A stretch of 64,000 nt of DNA. Origin: Candidatus Poseidoniaceae archaeon (GTDB taxonomy: Archaea; Thermoplasmatota; Poseidoniia; Poseidoniales; Poseidoniaceae). Below, piece by piece: positions 38,901-46,900 of this stretch (position 1 is the stretch's first letter; the number at the start of each line of letters is the position of its first letter). The DNA lies in contig CALJHE010000003.1 in the NCBI GenBank assembly GCA_938075675.1, positions 51,738 through 115,737 of the forward strand. Direction: 5' to 3'. The notes beneath the pieces were generated by a model. The model made no database searches, was not told where the DNA came from, and saw nothing but the letters and a program-made list of their open reading frames with translations. The translations under genes were made by a program, and so were the position numbers.

Positions 38901-41900
38901 CCTATGCAATTGCAACCTACGTCAATGGTAGTATTCGTGCTCCTGACGGCGGTTTGTTCTCCGCTGAATACACCTATGCTGACTGGGCTGCTCAAGAGGC
39001 AGTTTACAAGTTTGAACAAAGCCAACCAGCATCAGGTCTTGAAGTCAATTTCGTTGCCAACGACCTCGCCTTTTCAACAACCGTTGAAACGGATGGAAAT
39101 TTCAGCATGCGCCTGCCAAGTGGAAACACCTTCCACATGACAACACTTAGCCTTGTTTCCCAGATGTCTTCTGGTCAACTTGTGGTTTTGAGCGGAGATG
39201 CAGAGATGGATATCGGACTCATGTACCTCGAGCCGACCGTCGCAACGATGGGTCTTGTCTACCTCTACGACAACACTTCGCTCTGGGATGGACTCGCACC
39301 AGGATATGCTGCACAAGAAGTCGTGGCAACTGATTCAACCGGACTTGAGTGGAGAACAACCATTGACGACCAAGGTGGCTTTGCATTCGACCTCCAACCA
39401 GGCGACTGGGATTTCACAGTTGATGAAGAACTGCTCAATTCGACGACTGTAACGGACTACGCAATCCTCGATAACGAAGGAATTGCTCCGAACTCTGTTG
39501 AATTGTTTGTCAGTCCGGAACCGTTGACTATTGAACTCAATATCTTCATGGACTCTGGAGGAGATGGTATCTTCGCAAACGGAACTGCTGTGACTCCAGC
39601 GTTCTCGTTGATTCCACTCAATAACCACGGACAACAGTACAACTTTACTTCGAATGACTACACTGCAGCTGGGAACATTTCCGTTGTCTTAGAGCCGGGA
39701 CTGTACAGTATCGATTTCAACGAAACCGCAGCCGACGATGAGAACGCAACGGATTACAACCTACTCGGCGATTCAACCTTTGAGACAATGATTGTTGGAA
39801 TTGAAGCATATGAAGACGCTGTTTCGTTTGCTCTACGCAATGAATACCTTGTAACCGGACAACTTTCAAACTCGTCCGGTGACGGTGTCGAAAAGCAATT
39901 CTTGCTCCGAAACGATGCTGACGACTTGTGGCACAACATCGCATCTGACGTGAATGGAAGTTTTGCCTCCTACGTCCCTGCGGGCGATTGGGTGGCTATT
40001 GTCGCACCGTTCTCTGCGTCCAATGAATCCATGGAAACCTACCGTGAGGCGTTCACAGTCAGCGAAGACTCTTCTTTGCGTACTGGATTGAACTTTACTT
40101 CCATCGAAGTGGTCACATTGAACTTCCAAGTACAGGAATTGAACACCGACTCGAACATGAGCGATGTCCGTATCACGCTTGTGAGTCATGACGGATTTGG
40201 AAACATTACGCTTTCGAAGTCGGACCAATTTGGTAATGTTAGCGAAACCATCATGCCCGGTACTTGGAGCATGTTCCTGAATCAAACAGAACCTCAGCGC
40301 CAATGGAGTCTCGACACATTCGATGCTCCTTTCTCCACTGACAACGCTGTTGATGGTGTTCTCGAACTTGGCATTGTTTCACCTGAACTCATGGTTGAAA
40401 TCGGCGGTAAAGTCTTCTGGGACCTTAACGACGACGATCTTCCTGGTGGTACAGAGGGTATTGCCAACACCACGGTAAGTATTACTGGCTTGAACAACAC
40501 TGAGATTGATACCAATGTCACAACCGATGAATTCGGTGTTTGGTCATTGCTTGTACCGATTCAAGACGAGTACCAAGTTTCAGTTTCGAAGGAAGGATTC
40601 AGTACTGAAGTCTACAATGTGTCGAATACCAGTGCTTACCCCGTCTATGCAGTCCCTGAATCATATGATATCGAGATGACAGCAGGAAACGTTACTGTTT
40701 CTGGGAACGTCACTGACATCAATGACGCTGAGCGACTGAATGGCTCGATCGTTACATTGTACCCGAGTACTGGTATGGTCGGAGAGACAATTGTTGTTGA
40801 ATCTCAATTTAATAACGATGAACTCACTTGGTCTGCAGTCATTTCACCTGGTGAATGGATTGTTGTTGTTACCGAAGCAAACCCTGGCGAAAACGGCGGT
40901 GGAGTTGCAATTGGTCTTCTTGACGCTAGCATCTCCGAAGGCGCAACTCTTGACCTCGAAATGTCACTTGGTGGTTGGCTCGACCTTTCCACCTCTTGGA
41001 CCGACATCAAACTCGATGAATATCACGCTGGTTCATCCAGTAATGGCTCGATTTACATGAACGAGACTGCAGTTGTGACCATGACCATCGGTGACGACTT
41101 GGAATGGGACTTGCCGGTTGGAGAGGATGGGACAATCAGCGTCCTCATGCCAGCATCTGAGATTGAGATGGACTCTTCTTTCACCACGATTCAGCATGAC
41201 TTGCAACTTGAGATGGAATACATCGGCGGTGCAGTAACACTCGTCGCTGAAGGTCGCTCACCAGTTTCTTTGTCGTACACACGAAGCATCAACTCTGATA
41301 CCTCGATTAGTATGGTTGAAGGAAGTGTAACTGGTGCAACCGTTGATTCTGAGCTGGCATTTACTGCGATTGAAGAAGGAGAGGGATACCAGCAGATTGA
41401 ATTCGAACTTCAGTTGAATTACGAAGGAACGGAAACTGTTCAAGTCTTCGATGTCCTTGGACAAATTCTTGTTGCTCCTGATGAAGCTGACTGGACGATT
41501 GAGTTCAAGAACGGTTCGAGCTATGAGGATTCATACGAAGTCTCCCTTGGAATCGGAAACAGTACCGACGATACAACTGTTCAGTCCTCGGCAACAGTTG
41601 GTGTCCGAATCACTGTAGCCAATCAATCATCGGCTTGGCATCTTGAAGACCCTCACACACTGAAGGTTCGTATGCTAACTGATAGCACTCCATCAAGTGA
41701 AATCTCAGTTACCGTTCAAGTGCCTCAAATCTACGGATTGGAAACTTCTGAAGAAGACGAATCCGTCGGTATTGGTGCAGGCGGAAGCAGTATGTTTGGG
41801 TTTGTACTTGAGAACACTGGCAACGGTGACGACTCTTACACCATTGAACTCTCAGATAATATCCCGGAAGGCTGGGAAGTAACTCCGATGAGTTCGGTGA

Positions 41901-42508
41901 TCACCATCGCTAAGGGCGACACACGCTCGCAGATGTTCACTGCATTCGCTCCAGATGATTTTGATTCTGGTTCAAAGGTTGTAACTGTCACCGTAACGAG
42001 TGAAAACGGCATCAATACCACTTCATTCGATGTGGAAATTGTCAAGGCCAGTATTGTACTCAAGGATGTCGACCAAGGAACAATCCAAGAAATGTCAAAC
42101 ATATACGCGAATCGAGCTGGTAAACTGATTATTCCAATCGAGAACATTGGCAAATTGGGCAGTGACGATATTGTAGTTTCTGCTAGCATACAAGGCGGTC
42201 GAACCCTAGGTGCTCAAACCGTTTCGATCGCTCCAGAGGGAATGACAAACGTCACATTCGACATGGAGGCTTCCGATGCATCTGGCCTAGTACGATTCGA
42301 TGTACGTGTTGAAATCGTTGGCGAAGACAGTGAATTTACCGACAGTGCTGTTCAAGAGTTTGATTTCAGTATCGAGTATGCGATTGATGAGTCGAATGAA
42401 GATTCCAATTCCGACTGGTTTACCTTTGTCATCGTACTTCTCGGTGCCTTGGTGCTCTACGGAGGTGTTCGCATCTCCCGACGCAGTAACAAGGGCTCAC
42501 GGTTCTGA
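32942..42508 (+). CDS. aglB: giant oligosaccharyltransferase fusion: N-terminal polytopic domain + AglB/STT3 catalytic core + ~2200-aa extracellular beta-rich extension + C-terminal TM anchor
   Basis: WWDYG motif at nt 35807-35821 (aa about 975). STT3 first-loop motif FDADRSYPIGG at about 34232. Many TM helices between aa 20-880. Long Thr/Ser/Asn-rich extracellular region follows. The final 30 aa are a TM helix plus RISRRSNKGSRF. ATG at 32942 is preferred over the non-ATG track start at 32885. Confidence 0.75.
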   Translation: MEQITGTKSTAPAAPLGWLIAPLAVLLALAAIKLVGIDFELTADNLAPMLIVGAAGILGLVPSMLDQSKSASVSKATLSLSTLAVALIGAQAIYMLDHGAFSGLLFAFVTFGVHFMSSRGRHELATIIVFIAMGVNVGMFIASDALTTLPEIYNLAAEGEQQSLVSTFNLKNQAVGYLFFSHLTVFTLVGVLVATLARGVITPVGEAGWFSFLNNDTSSKFNKNNLPLQIALTVWALAHIGSLWHFETVSIADKLGITSAADYHGIVGYWQAFFTGIVAIVVAGMYSERWHTRAMTLGSLWVLYVVSSWYDAGMFSMDLLEGNWGSLIWLGLTFFIGVGIYSISTHEKWGGWVNRDDHEYSGARKFWNQHWSSVLIGLAFFFGLVIRTQWYVVPSMNAFGTGNWDMTGGSDPWYMKRVVDYILANNAHLIFDADRSYPIGGINPRPPIFTWSVAVVATLLEPFFSNGDAVWWAILSLPAIYGALTILPVAYIAREHINEKAAVVAAWLIAFMPAHVSHTTWALADHDAFIMLFITLGFMFWLRAVKYAGSERLLRSSSPSALSFINAFTAVTQERRAALSAAVLAGVSFGIVSLGWKGFVVGPSIIFLAYAAQVALNMFRRRDSTTLNVLFLTMLAVNFLMALPFYGHPQIDLMLDGTGLQPFLFIVIFTLAISFVTTGFRDKPWLLVLGVLAGTGTIFFIVLWLLKEANLSNAWDVLFTGSGYFTKTKIFGTVAEANAPNRGQLFAQFGPITFVLSLVMGILCIWSALRDRKQTKLVFGVWILAASFMAWTAARFMFNATPAIAVLGAWGIVSLWKWANWEGMVKTWKKMGIRSPEDRIRGARKALWRTPSFSAIMLVMIMLFGQQFTYGLDAAIPSSNNAEDDIDETIYNLIPDVFRWEIGGFSLLDDSTYDGNWYLGSFGSGFNDNGWNSAYEWLAEQDQDMKYSERPAFVSWWDYGFQALDTGEHPSVSDNFQTGIPATGNMLLARSQEDLVSMFIWQLGQGDLTYNVANTGNSEFTNGYQSIVGSYLTAEQMKIFNEISTSVDTDERVSFAKLNSYEVYRTNDDTVLARGYHHTDGVFDDSTQYWRVYDEGERLLCTDSLSTTCVDGDWSSEAEAENTFSNNIRTGNDNINRVTHYIIGDYWYTADLIEEYGSVSTNLHRSNTRLALTVQLLSNSLDSGDIIDMYDDLINMEGYYTVQDYDGAPGETVDRDHEIRYYAIDNRLYPRAGRYTADMNYNQGQPMGIFGAPTILSGQDVSTYMDEVYETIRGEFPDEMTRAEVDEAITQDFLNQQSGADIDPLQVQDVRVDHNSAFFDTMLARAYVGYGASTLGVDAGSSNPQPAQHFGQSGSPGSILSQGLPLPGAMTNHFVISNWYSPEANSSVTAEEQTVGISSTNTLVKILKYYSGAEISGQVTMSDNGQPLPGVRLLIERDAFSGEGAEDLDPDTYWVPIGFTDADENGQWSFDAPAGRIRVSVYAGDFDPTVAQDNIRSGAFSQGLGDILTETNDDRTINDITAILGEVANMSWLGENQHNITAEQADSNAPVGADFDIAVESSGISGEVTWSGHESFDGDALVSTEFILRNIWSLTDNYTLTTTNGSFTSSDSRILQGSGEATFVENGTFESDGVAFADDFTGTFTRSIGDKRVYTSNGTWDGKGTLLASWIAEENVLDCLDNETAPMPENSTVCIQDSTTSPVTYLLDGAVEANGRLTSDGISTLVTEHVGDSFEATGSFEGTGTLNGTGLFIGVGSFSGEMVQPGSFYLTGLLPGVYNMIAQLDNGKEVLLPDPVNVGISPSYDLAMTMPGSIFEDTLQDFYEEKLVNEVIEWVDTDLGMDSLVEIHTDEDGNFSYGPIASGEYFYRVDIDNDGWYELNETIYARGESENFTLAMDVPEMYDISLQLTSPVDPQTQTPYADVAQRVVTFTNSDPLFGPLNATSDETGMVYIELPMGAYTISDESGDDYILFDYVELNNEDVTMSSAYAIATYVNGSIRAPDGGLFSAEYTYADWAAQEAVYKFEQSQPASGLEVNFVANDLAFSTTVETDGNFSMRLPSGNTFHMTTLSLVSQMSSGQLVVLSGDAEMDIGLMYLEPTVATMGLVYLYDNTSLWDGLAPGYAAQEVVATDSTGLEWRTTIDDQGGFAFDLQPGDWDFTVDEELLNSTTVTDYAILDNEGIAPNSVELFVSPEPLTIELNIFMDSGGDGIFANGTAVTPAFSLIPLNNHGQQYNFTSNDYTAAGNISVVLEPGLYSIDFNETAADDENATDYNLLGDSTFETMIVGIEAYEDAVSFALRNEYLVTGQLSNSSGDGVEKQFLLRNDADDLWHNIASDVNGSFASYVPAGDWVAIVAPFSASNESMETYREAFTVSEDSSLRTGLNFTSIEVVTLNFQVQELNTDSNMSDVRITLVSHDGFGNITLSKSDQFGNVSETIMPGTWSMFLNQTEPQRQWSLDTFDAPFSTDNAVDGVLELGIVSPELMVEIGGKVFWDLNDDDLPGGTEGIANTTVSITGLNNTEIDTNVTTDEFGVWSLLVPIQDEYQVSVSKEGFSTEVYNVSNTSAYPVYAVPESYDIEMTAGNVTVSGNVTDINDAERLNGSIVTLYPSTGMVGETIVVESQFNNDELTWSAVISPGEWIVVVTEANPGENGGGVAIGLLDASISEGATLDLEMSLGGWLDLSTSWTDIKLDEYHAGSSSNGSIYMNETAVVTMTIGDDLEWDLPVGEDGTISVLMPASEIEMDSSFTTIQHDLQLEMEYIGGAVTLVAEGRSPVSLSYTRSINSDTSISMVEGSVTGATVDSELAFTAIEEGEGYQQIEFELQLNYEGTETVQVFDVLGQILVAPDEADWTIEFKNGSSYEDSYEVSLGIGNSTDDTTVQSSATVGVRITVANQSSAWHLEDPHTLKVRMLTDSTPSSEISVTVQVPQIYGLETSEEDESVGIGAGGSSMFGFVLENTGNGDDSYTIELSDNIPEGWEVTPMSSVITIAKGDTRSQMFTAFAPDDFDSGSKVVTVTVTSENGINTTSFDVEIVKASIVLKDVDQGTIQEMSNIYANRAGKLIIPIENIGKLGSDDIVVSASIQGGRTLGAQTVSIAPEGMTNVTFDMEASDASGLVRFDVRVEIVGEDSEFTDSAVQEFDFSIEYAIDESNEDSNSDWFTFVIVLLGALVLYGGVRISRRSNKGSRF

Positions 42509-42565
42509 TTTCAGACAACCCATTATATCCAGAGTTCCGAGTGAACCTGCATAGGGGGGGTAGCA

Positions 42566-43798
42566 ATGGAAGGGCTTGACAATGTGGAACTGCTTCCTGA
42601 GCCTGAGGATTCACGTATACTTTCTGTTGTAGATCCCGCTGTTGTAGGATTCCAAGACCAGTGGCGGTCAGAAGTTACTGGCTGGGCTCCAATGCAGGCT
42701 GTGCCAGTACCCCGCATACGCCGGCGTAAGATGCTCGTAACCAACGGCGTCGCCTTCTCTGTTCTTGTCATTCTGCTGCTGTATGTTTGGAATTCTGGAC
42801 TGCTCTTCCTTGAGATTCCTCCTCCAAAATCGGAATGGGCTGTCGAACAGTCTCAATTTTCGGATTTATCTGATATTGGCTTGTCCGGTGAAGGCGTTCG
42901 AGTCTGTATGGTTGACACTGGAATAGATCTCAGTAATCCGGCATTTTCGAATCTGCAGGTTACATTCAAGGACATGATCGGTACTTCTACCTCACCGGTA
43001 GACTACGGGTATGTTGCCCACGGGACGTTGATGGCAGGGATTCTTGTTTCGAATGATCATCAGCTCGGTGTAGCGCCGAACGTTGACCTTGCGATGGTAG
43101 CGGCTCTTGGCTCTGATGAGGATGACATGAACAGCGGTTCTGAAGACACAGTTGCCCGCTCAATTCGCTGGTGTCAAGATGAATATCAAGCACACATCAT
43201 ATCACTCTCCTTAGGTGGGGAGCAGAATGTTGAGATGCATACCGAGGGAAGCAGTGTCTCTGCTGTCCGAAGAGCAGTTGACTCGGGAATTTTCGTCGTT
43301 GCCGCTGCAGGTAACGATGGCGGTGGAAGCGATGACGGTTTGGTATCTGTTCCCGGTAATGTCCCTCGAGTCATTACCGTAGGCGCCTCTACCGAGTCTC
43401 AGAGTGTTTGGGCAAACTCTTCATCTGGGTCACAATCCTTGGTGAACGGTGAACAGCGGCAACACCCTCACATGAAACCAGAAGTAATTGCTCCTGGCGA
43501 GAATATAATCAGCACTGGTATCGGCGACACTTGGTTTTCCAGCAGTGGGACATCAGATTCAACGGTGTTTGTCACTGGTGCGCTGTCGCTTCTACTCGAG
43601 GCGTTCCCCGAATACAAGGCGACATCAGAATCAGACGGATCATGTATAGATGCAGTGAAGAACGCACTCATGGAATCAGCTTTGAAATACGACAATACTA
43701 CAACACACGATGACCGATGGGGATACGGTCAATTACAGGCTTTGGACTGGTATTCTTACCTTGATAATCAATCACCTGTGTGTTCGTTTTCCGATTAA
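42566..43798 (+). CDS. membrane-anchored subtilisin-like serine peptidase (S8)
   Basis: Catalytic triad motifs VCMVDTGID (Asp), HGTLMAG (His), GTSDSTVFVTGALSLL (Ser). N-terminal TM helix. 57 nt downstream of the AglB fusion stop. Confidence 0.75.
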   Translation: MEGLDNVELLPEPEDSRILSVVDPAVVGFQDQWRSEVTGWAPMQAVPVPRIRRRKMLVTNGVAFSVLVILLLYVWNSGLLFLEIPPPKSEWAVEQSQFSDLSDIGLSGEGVRVCMVDTGIDLSNPAFSNLQVTFKDMIGTSTSPVDYGYVAHGTLMAGILVSNDHQLGVAPNVDLAMVAALGSDEDDMNSGSEDTVARSIRWCQDEYQAHIISLSLGGEQNVEMHTEGSSVSAVRRAVDSGIFVVAAAGNDGGGSDDGLVSVPGNVPRVITVGASTESQSVWANSSSGSQSLVNGEQRQHPHMKPEVIAPGENIISTGIGDTWFSSSGTSDSTVFVTGALSLLLEAFPEYKATSESDGSCIDAVKNALMESALKYDNTTTHDDRWGYGQLQALDWYSYLDNQSPVCSFSD

Positions 43799-43971
43799 AG
43801 GCTGTGCTAAGTTGAATTTTCTGCACACTATCTCTCGGATATTTTGATACTTTAAATCATATATGATATTTATGAACTTAAAAGTTTGATATTCTTTATC
43901 AATATTGATACTCTTAAACTGACGATTGAGGCGCAGTATTATATTCTTGGTGGCTATGGAGAGTAGCAGAG
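43799..43971. promoter_or_regulatory. AT-rich upstream region of the beta-helix surface-protein gene with three TTGATAYTYTT direct repeats
   Basis: Repeats at about 43843-43853, 43885-43897 and 43904-43915. Confidence 0.4.
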
Positions 43972-46900
43972 GTGTCTATTTTGAAGAACACAACATCACA
44001 CAAGAGCATATCGCTGGTCGCACTCCTTTTGCTTTCAACGCTAACAGGGCTTATTGCTATACCAACTGCATCTGCAGTGAATGAAACCAAGTCTGGAATC
44101 ATTACCGGAACTGAAACTTGGACAGGGACCATGAACCTTAACGGCGACGTTGTTGTTGCTGAAGGCGCTAAGCTTGTTGTCAACGCCGGGACAGTGATCA
44201 ATATCCCATACGGTTACTACATCGACGTCGAAGGTGCAATCTGTATCGGTGACAGTGCTTGTGGTGCGAGTTCTGGCTCATCAGGCAATCAAGCTCGGTT
44301 CATATGGTCGACTCCTACCGATTATACCATCCAAGGCCGATGCTACTCCAACAGCACAAGCAATCCAAACTACAACAGCGATACTGCTTGCGGATCAGGC
44401 ATGATTATTCGCTCAACGATTGACCAGGCGATTACTTCGCTGAAGTATGCACATTTTGAAAACGCATACGGTCATCCTTTCGAAACCAACCAAGTGAGTG
44501 GTATGCAATACGGTGCCTTGGTTTTCGATGGTTCTACAACCTCTGCACAGGGTCTGTCGTTTGACAACATCAATACTTCGAACGTTATGGCTATCGACCT
44601 TGCTGCGCCGAGTATCTCTGATTCCACCTTCACTCTAGGTGTCGATGGAAACGGATACGATGCAGCAGCAGTTCGTGCTTACGGTGCTGGTGCAGGTATT
44701 TTGGCTACAATGGAAGTCTCGAACTCTGTTTTTACAGGAGATACTGCTGCAGAATGTGGCAACGATGGTCGTAGCCTAATTTACGTCGAAAGTTCGTACG
44801 TAGATTTCTCTAATCTTGAAATCAAGGATAACTCCTATGGATTCTTCATGAAAGAAAGTTCGGGCTCGATTACTGACTCGGATGTTAACGTGAAGTGCAG
44901 TGGAATTGACACGAACTCTCACAAAGTCACGGGCACAATCAACCACACCCTTGTCATCAACGATAACACCATTACAACCGCAGATGGTTCTGGAATTACT
45001 GCCTATGACGGTGCGATTGTCGTTGCAGAGCGCAACATTATCTCCGGTGCAGCGTCTGGATCAGGCTTTGGTATCCGCTCCTCAACAGTTACCGCAAACA
45101 ACAACGTCATCGGCCCAATTGGTGGCTGGAACGGATTGTGGATTTACGGAACATCCGATGTTGTTGCGGAGAACAATACCATTCAGGACACAGCCAAAGA
45201 AGCTGTTCTCATTGGTGAATACCACTATCTCGACCAAGGATGGAATGTCCCAACACCAACAGCAGCCCGTCTTTACCTCGCCAACAACCAAATTTCAAAC
45301 AACACGGGTATCTGTAACTCTCAAATGTACGGTGGAGACTTCCAATGCCCTGCAATACACATGTTCATGTCTTCTGCAACCCTGTACGATAACACAGTCA
45401 CGAACAACGGTGGCGACGGAATGAGAATCAAAGCGAGCATCGTCAATGCTCAACGAAACACCATTGAAGTCTCTGGGTTTGCAGCCAACATTTCACTGTT
45501 CGATGATAACTACGGTAACAAGTACGGCTCAATTGCTTACTTCTCTGAGAACACATACACGAATGCGACACAGGTCTACAACATTACCGAATCCCGTGTT
45601 ACTGTACAGTCTGAATTCATCCCAGATGCGGGCGGTAACGAAATATATCCTGTGCAAATGAGTTGGCTTGGCCCTGAATGTCCATATGTTCTCGATGAGT
45701 GTTTGCAAGTTCCTCCAACTTCAATCATGCCTCCAGCCTTCATGCCTTTGGCTCTGGAAGTTGTCGAAAACTCCACAGTGTTCTCGTACGCAAACCTTCA
45801 GAACTTCGATTCCTCCAAGATTCACGTTCAGAACCAAAACTCCGCCTGGGGTAGCCAAGTTCGTGAAGGGGAACTTGTTCGATACCAAGTCAAGGCACAA
45901 AACAGCAACGTCGTTGACGCAACTGTAATCATCCGAGATGCTTCTGGATTGCCGCTTTACACACTCACCACAGATGCGTTTGGTTTCACGCCAGAAGTTT
46001 CACTCCCATCCGACTTCCTCCTCGACCGTAACTGGAATCACAATGTTGGAGAAACAAATGTCCAGATTCCCGGAGTCCTCGATTCCGAAGGCAATCCAGT
46101 CTTCATTGACGAAAATTCCTGCGCCGATGGATACGATAATGACGGAGATACCAAGGTCGACTCCGAGGATGGAGATTGTACAGGTGGCCGAGAGTTACCT
46201 TTCTACACCGTAGAAGCGTACAAATTTGGAAAGGGTCAGAAGGATTTCAATTTCGTTCTGAGTGGAGCCATCGACGATGTCATTAACCTCGTGAACTTGA
46301 AACCAAGCGTCACTGTGACTCAAAACGATGGATATTCATTCGCTACGACTGCCACTCTAACTGGAGGCGCATGGGATGGAATTTCGGGACCATATGCGCT
46401 CGACCAAATCGCATATGACAGCCAATTCGGTGTCGTTAAGCGTGTGGAGATTCAACCCCCTGGCTCTACCGATTGGTACAACGCCGTGGACACCTCGGGT
46501 GCGAACGGAATGGTTACGAAGTCGACGCATCCGTTCAAAACATGGTCGTTTGAATGGGATTTGTCAGCACATCCAGAGGGTGAGGGAGACGTCACCTTCC
46601 GCGTCCGTTCATATGACGGGTTGGACTACTCGCCTGTAGAAGTACGAAAGTACAAACTGAATCTCGTGGCTCCGACAACTCTTGTGAATTCGCCGGCTGA
46701 TGGTTCATCGCATACCAACGGCAAAGTGACATTCACCGGTACTTCCAGTGATCCGTATTCGGGTACATGGGGCAGCGATATCAAATCCATTTGGTTCGAC
46801 ATCAATGGTCCAAACGGTTACACTGCAAACTTCGATGTATCGGGTTCGACTGCATGGGCATACGACTGGATTTTCCAAGAATTGCAAACAGGGCAGTATG

